DNA from: an uncultured Solirubrobacteraceae bacterium
GTDB taxonomy: Bacteria; Actinomycetota; Thermoleophilia; Solirubrobacterales; Solirubrobacteraceae
Assembly (NCBI GenBank): GCA_963714215.1
Contig: CAVQNP010000007.1
Span: 278,544-342,543, forward strand
DNA: 64,000 bases
Reading direction: 5' to 3'
Numbering within the stretch: the first letter of the stretch is position 1; the number at the start of each line of letters is the position of its first letter. The position numbers and the translations under genes were made by a program. Under the pieces are notes generated by a model that was given only the letters and a program-made list of their open reading frames with translations, was not told where the DNA came from and ran no database searches. Below are positions 30,948-41,199 of the stretch, in pieces.

Positions 30948-32429
30948 ATGACGCCTGACGACTCGCTCGGCGCCGAGCTGCGCCGGTTGATCGGGGCCGA
31001 GCACGTGCTCGACGCGCCGCCGGCGAGCTCGCCGTACAACGGCGACATGGCGCGCCGGCGCGGCCTTCACGGGCGCGCGGACGCGGTGGCGCTGCCGGGC
31101 AGCGCGCAGGAGGTGGCTGCGGTGGTGGCGTGGTGCTACTCACACGACGTGGCGATCGTCCCGCGTGGCGGCGGCACGGGGCTGCTCGGCGGGGCGGTGC
31201 CGAGCGCGGGCGGCGTGGTGCTCTCGCTGGAGCGTCTGCGGGCGGTGCGCGAGCTCGAGCCGGCGCTGTGGCGGATGCTCCCGGAGGCGGGCGTGCGCAC
31301 GAGCGAGGTGCAGCGCCTGGCGCGCGAGAACGGGCTGTTCTTCGGCCCCGACCCGGGCGCGGCGGAGCAGTCGCAGATCGGCGGCAACGTGGCGACGAAT
31401 GCGGGCGGTCCGCACGCGCTGAAGTACGGCGTGACGGGCTCGTGGGTGGCGGGCGTGGAGGCGGTGCTGGCGCCGGGCGAGCTCGTGCAGCTCGGCGGCT
31501 GGGCGCGCAAGGACGTGGCGGGCTATGACCTGAAGAGCCTGTTGATCGGCTCGGAGGGCACGCTGGGCGTGATCACGGCGGTGCGACTGCGGCTGCGCCC
31601 GGCGCCGCAGGCGCGGCTCGCGCTGGTCGCGCTGCTGGCGCCGTCGGGCGAGGGCGACGGCGCGGCGGCGAAGGACACGGCGGCGGGCTGCCAGGCGATG
31701 CAGGACGTGCTGGCGGCGGGGATCGAGCCGGCGGCGATGGAGTTCATCGACGGCGCCACGCTGGCGCTCGTGGCCGGCGGCTACCCGGGCGAGCTTCCGG
31801 TGCAAGCGGGCTTCGCGCTGCTGATCGAGCTGGACGGCTCACAGTCAGACGTGGAGCACGACCGGGCATCGCTGCTCGAAGTGCTCGGCGCGAGCGCGGC
31901 GCCGGATGCAGCCAGGGGCGACGCGCCGGCGATCGAGCAGTTCGCGCAGGAGGCGGAGGCGGCCGCGTTGTGGCGCTGGCGGGACGGCTTCAACGGAGTG
32001 GTCACGGCGGCGCGCGGTGGCAAGGTGAGCGAGGACGTGGCGTTTCCGCCGGAGCGGCTGGGCGAGGGGCTGGTGCGCTTCGGGCAGATCGCGGCCGGCC
32101 ACGGCCTGCGCTCGTGCGCGTGGGGCCACGGGGGCGAGGGCAACGTGCACGCGACGGTGCTGGTGGACCCGGCGCGGGAGGCCGAGCTGGACGCGGCGGA
32201 GGCGGTCGGGGCGGAGCTGTTCGAGCTGGTGTGGGAGCTGGGCGGCTCGATCGCAGCGGAGCACGGCACGGGGCTGCTCAAGTCGGGCCTGCTGGAGGGA
32301 CAGTGGGACGCGCGGGCGGTGCAGTTGCACGAAGCGATCAAGCGCGCGTTCGACCCGAAGGGCCTCTTCAACCCGGGCAAGAAGCTGGCGCGTCCGGCCG
32401 CTGGGCGCCCGGCGGCGGAACCCACCTGA
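30948..32429 (+). CDS. FAD-linked oxidase, GlcD/D-lactate dehydrogenase family
   Basis: PRGGGTG, GPDPGA, IGGNVATNAGG, GSEGTLGVIT, GHGGEGNVH, AEHGTG, FDPKGLFNPGK. Confidence 0.9.
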   Translation: MTPDDSLGAELRRLIGAEHVLDAPPASSPYNGDMARRRGLHGRADAVALPGSAQEVAAVVAWCYSHDVAIVPRGGGTGLLGGAVPSAGGVVLSLERLRAVRELEPALWRMLPEAGVRTSEVQRLARENGLFFGPDPGAAEQSQIGGNVATNAGGPHALKYGVTGSWVAGVEAVLAPGELVQLGGWARKDVAGYDLKSLLIGSEGTLGVITAVRLRLRPAPQARLALVALLAPSGEGDGAAAKDTAAGCQAMQDVLAAGIEPAAMEFIDGATLALVAGGYPGELPVQAGFALLIELDGSQSDVEHDRASLLEVLGASAAPDAARGDAPAIEQFAQEAEAAALWRWRDGFNGVVTAARGGKVSEDVAFPPERLGEGLVRFGQIAAGHGLRSCAWGHGGEGNVHATVLVDPAREAELDAAEAVGAELFELVWELGGSIAAEHGTGLLKSGLLEGQWDARAVQLHEAIKRAFDPKGLFNPGKKLARPAAGRPAAEPT

Positions 32430-32444
32430 GAGGATGGCCGGGCG

Positions 32445-33740
32445 ATGACGCTGGTGAGCGAGCTGAGGCTGCCGAGCTTCGACCACACGGACCCGGAGAT
32501 GCGCGGGGAGCGCTTCCACGAGGCGATGGCGGCGGTGCGCGACCCGGCGGGAGCGGACGAGCGCGCGGTGGCCGATGGCGGCGTGTGGCTGGCGCAGGTC
32601 CCGTTCGGCTACATGACGCTCGACAGGGAGGGCGGCGAGTTCTTCCTGCGCACGCGCAGGGCGATCTTCCCGGGGATGAAGATCGCGGAGATCTTCGGCG
32701 TGCATGAGGGGCCGCTGTATGAGCAGATGCGGCGCAACATCCTGCACGTCAACGGCGCCGATCACACGCGCCTGCGCAGCCTGGTGAACCCGGCGCTGTC
32801 GCCACGGGCGGTTGAGCGCTACAGGCCGGTCATGCGCGAGTTCCTCGACGAGCTGCTGGCGCAGGCGACGGCTGGGGTGAGCGAGGGCGAGCAGGTGCGC
32901 TGCGACTTCGTGGAGGCGTTCGCGAAGCCGTACCCGTCGCTGGCGATCGCGACGGTGATGGGTGCGCCGCTTCAGGATGCGCCGCGCCTGCATCACTGGT
33001 CGAACGTGATCCAGCGCCAGTTCGACGCGGTCAGCATGGCGAGCGAAATCGAGGTGATCGACGAGGCGGTGCGCGAGTTCTACGACTACGCGCAGGCGCT
33101 CGTGCTGGCGCGGCGGGAGGACCCGAGCGACGACCTGATCTCGAAGCTGATCGCGGCGACGGCGCCGGGCGAGGGGGGCGAGCTGGAGCGGCTGTCGGAC
33201 GTGGAGTGCATCAACCTTGTGTTCAACGTGCTGGTGGGCGGCGTGGACACGAGCCAGAGCCAGCTGGCGCACGCGATCCGCTTGCTGGCGCAGCACCCGG
33301 AGCAGCTGGCGCTCTTGGCGGCCGATCCGTCGCTGGCGGACGCGGCGGTCGAGGAGGCGCTGCGCTACGAGCCGATCACGCCGTTCACGGCGCGCATCGT
33401 GGTCGAGGACGTGGAGCACCGCGGCGTGGAGTTCCCGGAGGGCACGGTGGTGATGGTGTCCGCGTTCACGGGCAACCGTGACCTCGAGCCGCAGGTGGCC
33501 GGCGAGCGCGGGGCGGACGCGTTCGACATCACGGCCGACCGCGGTCGCGCGCGGCCGCTGACGTTCGGGGCGGGCGTGCACTACTGCCTCGGCGCCAACC
33601 TGGCGCGGGTGGAGCTACAGGAGGGCTTGGCGTTCCTCTCGCAGCGGCTGCAGGGCCTGCGCCTCGACGGCGAGCCGGTGTTCGAGGGCGTCTCGGGCAT
33701 CTACGGCTTGGCTGAGCTGCCGATCGCGTTCACCGCCTGA
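32445..33740 (+). CDS. Cytochrome P450
   Basis: HTRLR, VGGVDTS (I-helix), EEALR, FGAGVHYCLG. Confidence 0.93.
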   Translation: MTLVSELRLPSFDHTDPEMRGERFHEAMAAVRDPAGADERAVADGGVWLAQVPFGYMTLDREGGEFFLRTRRAIFPGMKIAEIFGVHEGPLYEQMRRNILHVNGADHTRLRSLVNPALSPRAVERYRPVMREFLDELLAQATAGVSEGEQVRCDFVEAFAKPYPSLAIATVMGAPLQDAPRLHHWSNVIQRQFDAVSMASEIEVIDEAVREFYDYAQALVLARREDPSDDLISKLIAATAPGEGGELERLSDVECINLVFNVLVGGVDTSQSQLAHAIRLLAQHPEQLALLAADPSLADAAVEEALRYEPITPFTARIVVEDVEHRGVEFPEGTVVMVSAFTGNRDLEPQVAGERGADAFDITADRGRARPLTFGAGVHYCLGANLARVELQEGLAFLSQRLQGLRLDGEPVFEGVSGIYGLAELPIAFTA

Positions 33741-33935
33741 CGGCGCCCGACGCCGGCCGTATGCGCGGCCCGAGTCGTCTCTGCTCGGCCGTCCAGATCG
33801 ATTAATTAATAGGAGACAAATTCGCGCGTTCAGGCGCCGCCGTTGTCGGCCTCGGCGACGGCCGATGTCGTGCTCGCCGGTGCGGTGGCAGATTTGGGGA
33901 GGGGGTCACGAGGGCCCCGGCACCGACATAGGGTG

Positions 33936-35603
33936 ATGCGCATACGGATTTTCATGGGGGTTGTGGGAGCGAGCTTGGCCGTTGGCCTGCTCGGGGGTGT
34001 CGCGCGGGCCGGCGAGTACCACGTTTACTCGTGTCGGATGCCCGATGGGGAGAGCGCGCCGGTGGATGGGTGGAGCGGGTCGGTTGGGGCTGGAGGGGCG
34101 TGGGACGACTACGCGGTGGATACCTGTGCTGAAGGCGGGGCGTTGGTGGCGGCGCTAGGGGATGCGACCGTCCATGCCACAAACGTTGACGTCTCCACCT
34201 GGCAGTTTTCGGCACCAGCTAGCGCGCGCATTGCGGCTGCCACCTTGTCGCGGGCGGGTGATCTGCAAGGCGGTCAGGTCACGAATGCCACCTACCAGTT
34301 CTGGCTTGCGGGTCCGGAACGAACCAACGTCTTCGAAGAATGCATCTTCACCCAGGGTTGCTCTACGCGGGGAGATCTCACCAATGCTGCGTCAACGGCG
34401 AACCGCGTGACTGTTCCGTCGTCGAACCTCGGTTCAGCCATTTACGCGAACGCGTCATGTAGCGGTGGGCCTGAACGAGTGTGCCCTACCGGTATGGGCG
34501 ACGCCAACGGCTACGCCGCCGCCCTCTACATCTACGCGGCTGACATCACGCTCGAGCAATCCGAAGGCCCGCACGCGAGCGGAGTTGGCGGCGAACTGGC
34601 GAGCGCGCCGACGCTGCGCGGGGCGATCCCCGTGTCGTTCGACGCGACCGATCCCGGTTCGGGTGTGTGGCAGGCAGTGTTCGCCGTCGACGGTCGGGTG
34701 CTGCAGCGCACGGTCGTCAACGACAGCGGCGGGCGCTGCCGCGACGTGGGACAGACCTCGGACGGGCTGCCGGCGTTCCTGTACGTGCAGCCGTGCGCGC
34801 AGTCGGTCAGCGCCGATGTGGCGTTCGACTCGACCAAGGCCGGCAACGGGGCGCACCGCTTGACTGTCAGCGTGATCGATGCCGCCGGCAACGCGGCACC
34901 CGTGCTCGACAGGACCGTGATGATCGACAACCCGCCGCCGCCCGGATCGCCGAACGGCACGAACGCCTCTGTGCAGGCGAGGCTGTCCGTGCGCTGGACG
35001 GGCACTGCCAAGACGAGCGCCCGCGGCGGCTTCGCGCGCCCGCGGACCTTGTCGGGGCGTCTCACGACGGTCGGCGGGGCGCCGATCTCGGGCGCCGCCA
35101 TCGACGTGCGTGCGACGCCTGCCTATGCCGGAGCCAAGCCTCTGACGATGGTCAGCCCGCGTACTGACGTAGACGGTCGCTTCAGCGTGAGCGTGCCCGC
35201 CGGGACGTCCTCGCGCACGCTTCGCTTCGCCTACCGCGCCCACCTCGACGACGCGCGAGCCGCGGCGACCGGTGCATTGCGGCTGGTGACGCGCGCCGGC
35301 GTCGCGCTGCGTGTCTCGCCGCACACGGCCCGCGCCGGCAGCAGCATCTTCTTCCGTGGCCGCCTGCGCGGTGGTCCGATCCCGGCCGGCGGCAAGCAGC
35401 TCGTGCTCGAGGCGCGCTCGCCCGGCAGCGCCTGGATCCAGTTCAAGGTCGTCCGTACCGACGCCCGCGGGCGCTACCGCGCGTCCTACCGCTTCAAGTT
35501 CGCCGGCCCCGCCGACTACCGCTTCCGCGTGCGCTCCGAAGCCGAGTCCGACTATCCCTTCGCCGCAGGGTCATCCAATGTCGTTGGCGTTCACGAGCGA
35601 TAG
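33936..35603 (+). CDS. Secreted Cys-containing beta-sandwich protein with C-terminal Ig/carboxypeptidase-regulatory-like domains
   Basis: Signal peptide (VARA-GEYHVYSC); DPGSGV, DAAGN, PNGTNAS, RTDARGRY, YPFAAGSS. Confidence 0.75.
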   Translation: MRIRIFMGVVGASLAVGLLGGVARAGEYHVYSCRMPDGESAPVDGWSGSVGAGGAWDDYAVDTCAEGGALVAALGDATVHATNVDVSTWQFSAPASARIAAATLSRAGDLQGGQVTNATYQFWLAGPERTNVFEECIFTQGCSTRGDLTNAASTANRVTVPSSNLGSAIYANASCSGGPERVCPTGMGDANGYAAALYIYAADITLEQSEGPHASGVGGELASAPTLRGAIPVSFDATDPGSGVWQAVFAVDGRVLQRTVVNDSGGRCRDVGQTSDGLPAFLYVQPCAQSVSADVAFDSTKAGNGAHRLTVSVIDAAGNAAPVLDRTVMIDNPPPPGSPNGTNASVQARLSVRWTGTAKTSARGGFARPRTLSGRLTTVGGAPISGAAIDVRATPAYAGAKPLTMVSPRTDVDGRFSVSVPAGTSSRTLRFAYRAHLDDARAAATGALRLVTRAGVALRVSPHTARAGSSIFFRGRLRGGPIPAGGKQLVLEARSPGSAWIQFKVVRTDARGRYRASYRFKFAGPADYRFRVRSEAESDYPFAAGSSNVVGVHER

Positions 35604-35676
35604 GAGTGCCATGCGCGCCCAGCCCTGACGCCACTGCGCCGCGCTACCCGATGCTCCGTCTAGGGTTATCGCCTTC

Positions 35677-37460
35677 GTGAGGGCGAGAGGTTCACTGGGA
35701 GAAGGTCGGCCGCGCGACGAGCGGATGCTCGCGCCGATCCTCGCCCTCGTGCTCTCGGGTGCGCTCCTGGCGGCCACCGCAACGGCCGCCTCGGCTGTGA
35801 CGATCTCGCCCCTGAACGGCACGCCCGATGCCTCGCCGGGCACGCAGATCAGCTTCCTCGGCGCCCCCGCCAAGCAGATCTCCCACGTCTCGGTCGTCGG
35901 TTCGCGCAGCGGCGGGCACAGCGGCTCGCTGCGCTCCTACGCCAGCGCCGCCGGGGCGAGCTTCGTACCGGCGCGCGGCTTCGTCGAAGGCGAGCGTGTG
36001 ACCGCGACCGCGACCATCGGCCGCGCGCACGTCGGCACGACCTTCTACATCGCGCGCCTCGTGAGCTACCCGCTCGGCCCGAGCCGCACGCCGCCGCCTG
36101 CCAAGGCCGGCGCCAACCAGAGCTTCGTCACGCAGCCCACGCTGCAGCCGCCGACCGTGCGCGTCACGGCCAGCTCGCCGGGGCCGCCCCCGGCGACATC
36201 TTCCTCACGACCAACTCCGGCCGCGGTCAGAACGGTGCCCTGATCATCGACGGCGGCGGCGCGCTCGTGTGGTTCAAGCCCGCAGGCAAGGGCAACTCGA
36301 TGACCAACCTGCAGGTGACCAGCTACGAAGGCAAGCCCGTGCTGGCCTACTGGGAAGGCCACATCGACCTCGGCGTCGGCTTCGGCAGCGACACGCTGCT
36401 CGGCACCAACTACAAGCCCGTCGCGACGATCCATGCCGGCAACGGCTACTACGCCGACCTGCACGAGCTGCAGGTGACGCCGCAGGGCTCCGCCTACCTG
36501 TCGGCCTACACACTCGTGCGCGCCGACCTGCCTCGGTCGGTGGCTCCAAGGACGGCGCGCTGCAGGATCCCGTCGTGCAGCAGATCGACATCAAGACGGG
36601 GCTCGTGATGTTCGAGTGGCACACCTACGGCCACGTCGCGCTCGACGACTCCTACGCCAACTCTCCTCGCGACCCGAATCGCCCGTGGGACTTCTTCCAC
36701 CTCAACTCGATCGCGCCCAGACCCGTGGGGCGACGGCAACTTCCTGATCTCCTCACGCAACATGTGGGCCGTGTACGAGGTCAACCGCCAGAGCGGCGCC
36801 GTCGAGTGGCGCCTCGGCGGCAAGAAGCCGAGCTTCCGCATGGGTTCCGGCACCGGCACCGCCTATCAGCACGACGCTCGCTGGCAGCCCGACCACACGA
36901 TCACGATCTTCGACAACGGCGCCGTGCCCAAAGCCCATGCCTACTCGCGCGCGATCCACGAGCAGATCGACTTCAAGCACCGCACGGTCAACCTGATCAG
37001 CCGCGACGTGCGCACGCCGCCGATCCTCTCCGGCAGTCAGGGCAACAACCAGGTGCTCGCCAACGGCGACTGGTTCGTCGGCTGGGGCGAATCGCCGTAC
37101 TTCACCGAGTTCAACGCGGCCGGCCAGACCGTGTTCGACGCCCACCTGCCCTACCCGGCGCAGGTGTATCGCTCCTACCGCTTTGAATGGAACGCCGTCC
37201 CCGCCGCCGTGCCCTCGATCGCGCTGAAGGCAGCCGGGGCTGCGACGAGCGTCTATGCGAGCTGGAACGGAGCTACCGGCGTGCGCGGTTGGCGCGTGCT
37301 CGCCGGCGCCACCCAGACGACGCTCGCGCCGGTTGCCGAACTGTCCTCGACTGGATTTGAGACGACCGTCACCGTACCCAGTGCGGCACCCGTGTTCGCC
37401 GTGCAGGCGCTCGGCGCCGCCGGCGAAGTGCTCGGCAGCTCGCACGCGATCAGCCGTTGA
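35677..37460 (+). CDS. Secreted arylsulfotransferase (ASST family), copy 2; frameshifts near 36183, 36530 and 36717
   Basis: [64 protein letters not shown]. Confidence 0.82.
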
Positions 37461-37536
37461 GCGCCGCGCACACGCCGCCCCTCGCGACCGCGTCGGCCAG
37501 GATGTGCGGGCGGAGCGTCCACTACTCTGCACGCTT

Positions 37537-38305
37537 GTGAAGGCCGTGATCTTGGCGGGCGGGTTCGGCTCGCGACTGAGCGAGGAGACCTCCGTGCGCC
37601 CCAAGCCGATGGTCGAGATCGGCGGCAAGCCGATGCTCTGGCACATCATGAAGATCTATGCCGCGCACGGAATCGAGGACTTCGTGATCTGCCTCGGCTA
37701 CAAGGGCTACCTGATCAAGGAGTACTTCGCCAACTACTCCCTGCACACGTGCGACGTGACCTTCGACCTGGGCAACGGCAAGCATGGAGGTGCACCGCTC
37801 GGAGACCGAGCCCTGGCGCGTCACGCTCGTCGACACCGGCGAGCAGACGATGACCGGCGGGCGCCTGAAGCGGGTGCTGCCCTACGTCGGCGACGAGGAC
37901 TTCTGCTTCACCTACGGCGACGGCGTGGCCGACATCGACATCGGCGCGCTGATCTCCTTTCACCGCGAGCAGGGGACGCGTGCGACGGTGACCGCCGTGC
38001 AGCCGCCCGGGCGCTTCGGCGCGCTCGAGGTCGAGGACGGGCTCGTGCGGCGCTTCGAGGAGAAGCCGCGCGGCGACGGCGGCTGGATGAACGGCGGCTT
38101 CTTCGTGCTCTCGCCCGAGGTCGGAAGCTATATCGAGGGTGACGACACCGTGTGGGAGCAGGAGCCGATGCGCGCGCTCGCCGCCGACGGGCAGCTCGCC
38201 TGCTACCGCCACGAAGGCTTCTGGCAGGCGATGGACACGCTACGCGACCGTCACCATCTCGACGAGCTGTGGCGCTCGGGCGCACCGTGGCGGACCTGGG
38301 ACTGA
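37537..38305 (+). CDS. rfbF: Glucose-1-phosphate cytidylyltransferase (frameshift near 37780)
   Basis: [28 protein letters not shown]; [13 protein letters not shown]; TYGDG; [11 protein letters not shown]. Confidence 0.92.
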
Positions 38306-38312
38306 TCTGAGC

Positions 38313-39416
38313 ATGAGCACCTACCCCTCCGCCGCGCCTCGCGCGACCGTCGACCCCGCCTTCTGGGCCGGGCGGCGCGTGCTGCTGACCGGCCACTCGG
38401 GCTTCAAGGGTGCGTGGCTGGCCTTGTGGCTGCAGTCGCTCGGCGCGCACGTGACAGGCTTCTCCTCGGGCCTGCCCACACATCCCTCGCTGCACGACCT
38501 GGCGCGCGTGGGCGAGGGCATGGAGTGCATCGACGGCGACGTCTGCGACCCCGAGGCGCTCGCCGCGGCGGTGGCCGCGAGCAAGCCCGAGGTGGTCGTG
38601 CACATGGCCGCGCAGGCGCTCGTGCGGCGTGCGTTCGACCAGCCGCGCGAGACCTACGCGACCAACGTGATGGGGACCGTCAACCTGCTCGACGGCGTGC
38701 GCCGGGCGCCCGACGGCGTGCGCGCAGTCGTGATCGTGACGACCGACAAGTGCTATGAGAACCGCGAGTGGGAGTGGGGCTATCGCGAGGAGGAGCCGAT
38801 GGGCGGGCACGACCCGTACGCGAGCTCCAAGGGCTGCGCCGAGCTCGTGACCAGCGCGTACCGCAGCTCGTTCTTCTCCGACCCCGCCGGGCCGCAGGTC
38901 GCCTCCGCGCGTGCCGGCAACGTGATCGGCGGCGGCGACTGGGGTGCGGACCGGCTCGTCCCCGACATCATGCGCGCCGCGCTCGCCGGCGAGCCCGTGC
39001 GCGTGCGCAACCCCAACTCGATCAGGCCGTGGCAGCACGTGCTCAACCCGCTCAGCGGCTACCTCGTGCTCGCGCAGGCCCTGTGTGAGTCGCCCGAGCA
39101 CGCGACCGGCTGGAACTTCGGCCCGGCCGATGAGGACGCGCGCCCGGTCGGCTGGATGGTCGAGCGGATGGCCGAGCTGTGGCCCGAGGAGCTGCGCTGG
39201 ACACTCGACGAGGGCCCGCACCCGCACGAGGCGCGCTACCTCAAGCTCGACTCCTCACGCGCGCGGGGGCGCCTCGGTTGGCGCCCGCCCGTGGGGCTCG
39301 ACGAGGCGCTCGCCAGCATCGTCGAGTGGTACCAGGCGTTGCGCGAGGGAGCCGACATGCGGGCGGTGACGCTCGGGCAGATCGAGTCCTTCCACTACGC
39401 AGCCGACTCCGCATGA
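38313..39416 (+). CDS. rfbG: CDP-glucose 4,6-dehydratase
   Basis: FWAGRRVLLTGHSGFKGAWL, TTDKCYEN, DPYASSK, RAGNVIGGGDW, RPWQHVL. Confidence 0.93.
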   Translation: MSTYPSAAPRATVDPAFWAGRRVLLTGHSGFKGAWLALWLQSLGAHVTGFSSGLPTHPSLHDLARVGEGMECIDGDVCDPEALAAAVAASKPEVVVHMAAQALVRRAFDQPRETYATNVMGTVNLLDGVRRAPDGVRAVVIVTTDKCYENREWEWGYREEEPMGGHDPYASSKGCAELVTSAYRSSFFSDPAGPQVASARAGNVIGGGDWGADRLVPDIMRAALAGEPVRVRNPNSIRPWQHVLNPLSGYLVLAQALCESPEHATGWNFGPADEDARPVGWMVERMAELWPEELRWTLDEGPHPHEARYLKLDSSRARGRLGWRPPVGLDEALASIVEWYQALREGADMRAVTLGQIESFHYAADSA

Positions 39417-39432
39417 GCGAGACCGCTCGCCG

Positions 39433-40663
39433 ATGAGCGCGACGACCTGTCGATTCTGCGGTGCTCCCCTGCAGGACGTGTTCGCCGATCTGGGGATGTC
39501 GCCGCTGGCGAACTCCTACCTTGCGCCCGAGCGCGTCAACGCGATGGAGCCGTTCTACCCGCTGCGGGCGCTCGTCTGCGGCAGGTGCTTCCTCAGTGCA
39601 GCTCGAGGAGTTCGAGACCCCCGAGCAGATCTTCTCCGACTACGCCTACTTCTCTTCCTACTCGTCGAGCTGGCTGGAGCACAGCCGCCGCTACGCCGAG
39701 CAGATGATCGAGCGCCTCGGCCTCGACGAGCGCAGTCACGTCGTCGAGCTCGCCTCCAACGACGGCTACCTGCTGCAGTTCTTCCGCGAGCGCCAGATCT
39801 CCGTGCTCGGTGTCGAGCCAGCGGCCAACGTCGCCGAGGTGGCCAAGGAGAAGGGCATCCCGACGGTCGTCGAGTTCTTCGGCGAGGACGTCGCCCGCTC
39901 GCTGGCCGGCGAGTCCGCGGCTGACCTGCTGCTGGGCAACAACGTGCTCGCCCACGTCCCCGACCTCAACGACTTCGTCGCCGGCATGAAGGTTCTGCTG
40001 AAGCCGGGCGGCGTGATCACGATGGAGTTCCCGCACCTGATGCGCCTGATCGAGGAGAACCAGTGGGACACGATCTACCACGAGCATTTCTCCTACTTCT
40101 CGTTCCTCACCGTCAGCGCCGTGTTCGAGGCGCACGGGATCAAGCTGTTCGACGTCGAGGAGCTGCCGACGCATGGCGGCTCGCTGCGCATCTACGGCGC
40201 GCACGCCGACGACGAGGCCAAGCCCGAAACCGACGCGGCGCGCGAGCTGCGCGAGCGTGAGCGCGCCGCTGGCTATGAGTCGCTCGAGACCTACCTCGGC
40301 TATGGCCGTCGCGTGGAGGAGGACAAGCGCCAGATCCTGCGCTTCCTGATCGAGCTGAAGGAGCAGGGCAAGCGCGTGGTTGCCTACGGTGCGCCCGCGA
40401 AGGGCAACACGCTGCTCAACTACTGCGGCGTGCGCGGCGACATGATCGAGTACACGTGCGACCTGAACCCGCACAAGCAGGGTCACTACCTGCCCGGCAG
40501 CCACATCCCGATCCGCTCGCCCGAGGCGCTGCGCGATGACAAGCCGGATGTCGTGCTGATCCTGCCGTGGAACCTCAAGGATGAGATCGTCGCGCAGCTG
40601 CAGTTCATCGGCGAGTGGGGAGGGCGCTTCGCCGCGCGCACGCCCGAGCTGACGCTGCTCTGA
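39433..40663 (+). CDS. NDP-hexose 3-C-methyltransferase (Zn-binding, NovU/TcaB9-like); frameshift near 39595
   Basis: CRFCG, DLGMSPLANSY, CGRCFLVQ, ELASNDGYLL, IYHEHFSYFS, HGGSLR, YGAPAKGNT, LPWNL. Confidence 0.88.
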
Positions 40664-41199
40664 TGCGCTTCCTCAAGACGCCGCTGGAGGGAGCGTGGGT
40701 CATCGACCTCGATCTGCTCGGCGACGAGCGCGGCTGGTTCGCGCGCACGTTCGACGCCGGCGAGTTCGCCGCGCGAGGGCTGAACCCGGACGTCGCGCAG
40801 TGCAACGCCTCCTTCAACGCCCGCCGCAGCACGTTGCGCGGGATGCACTACCAGGCCGAGCCGCATGGCGAGTCCAAGCTCGTGCGCTGCGTGCGCGGCG
40901 CCATCTTCGACGTCGCCGTCGACCTGCGCGAGGACTCGCCCACGCTGCGCCGCTGGCACGGAGTTGAGCTGAGTGCCGAGAACCGCCTCGCCTTCTACAT
41001 TCCGCCGGGGCTCGCGCACGGCTTTCAGACGCTCTCCGACGACGCTGAAGTGCTGTACCAGATGGGCAGCCCATACGTGCCCGAGGCGGCGCGCGGAGTG
41101 CGCTTCGACGACCCCGCGTTCGCCATCCGCTGGCCGGACACGGCCGAGCCGCGCATCGTCTCAGAGCGCGATCGCGCCTTCCCCGACTTCCCTGGATGA
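40663..41199 (+). CDS. rfbC: NDP-4-keto-6-deoxyglucose 3,5-epimerase
   Basis: DERGWFART, TLRGMHYQ, KLVRCVRGAIFDVAVDLR, GLAHGFQTL. Confidence 0.92.
   Translation: MRFLKTPLEGAWVIDLDLLGDERGWFARTFDAGEFAARGLNPDVAQCNASFNARRSTLRGMHYQAEPHGESKLVRCVRGAIFDVAVDLREDSPTLRRWHGVELSAENRLAFYIPPGLAHGFQTLSDDAEVLYQMGSPYVPEAARGVRFDDPAFAIRWPDTAEPRIVSERDRAFPDFPG

Noticed and set aside
33795-33825. dif site or replication origin at the AT-rich palindrome
   Set aside because: No XerD-arm (TTATGT..A) match and no DnaA boxes seen.
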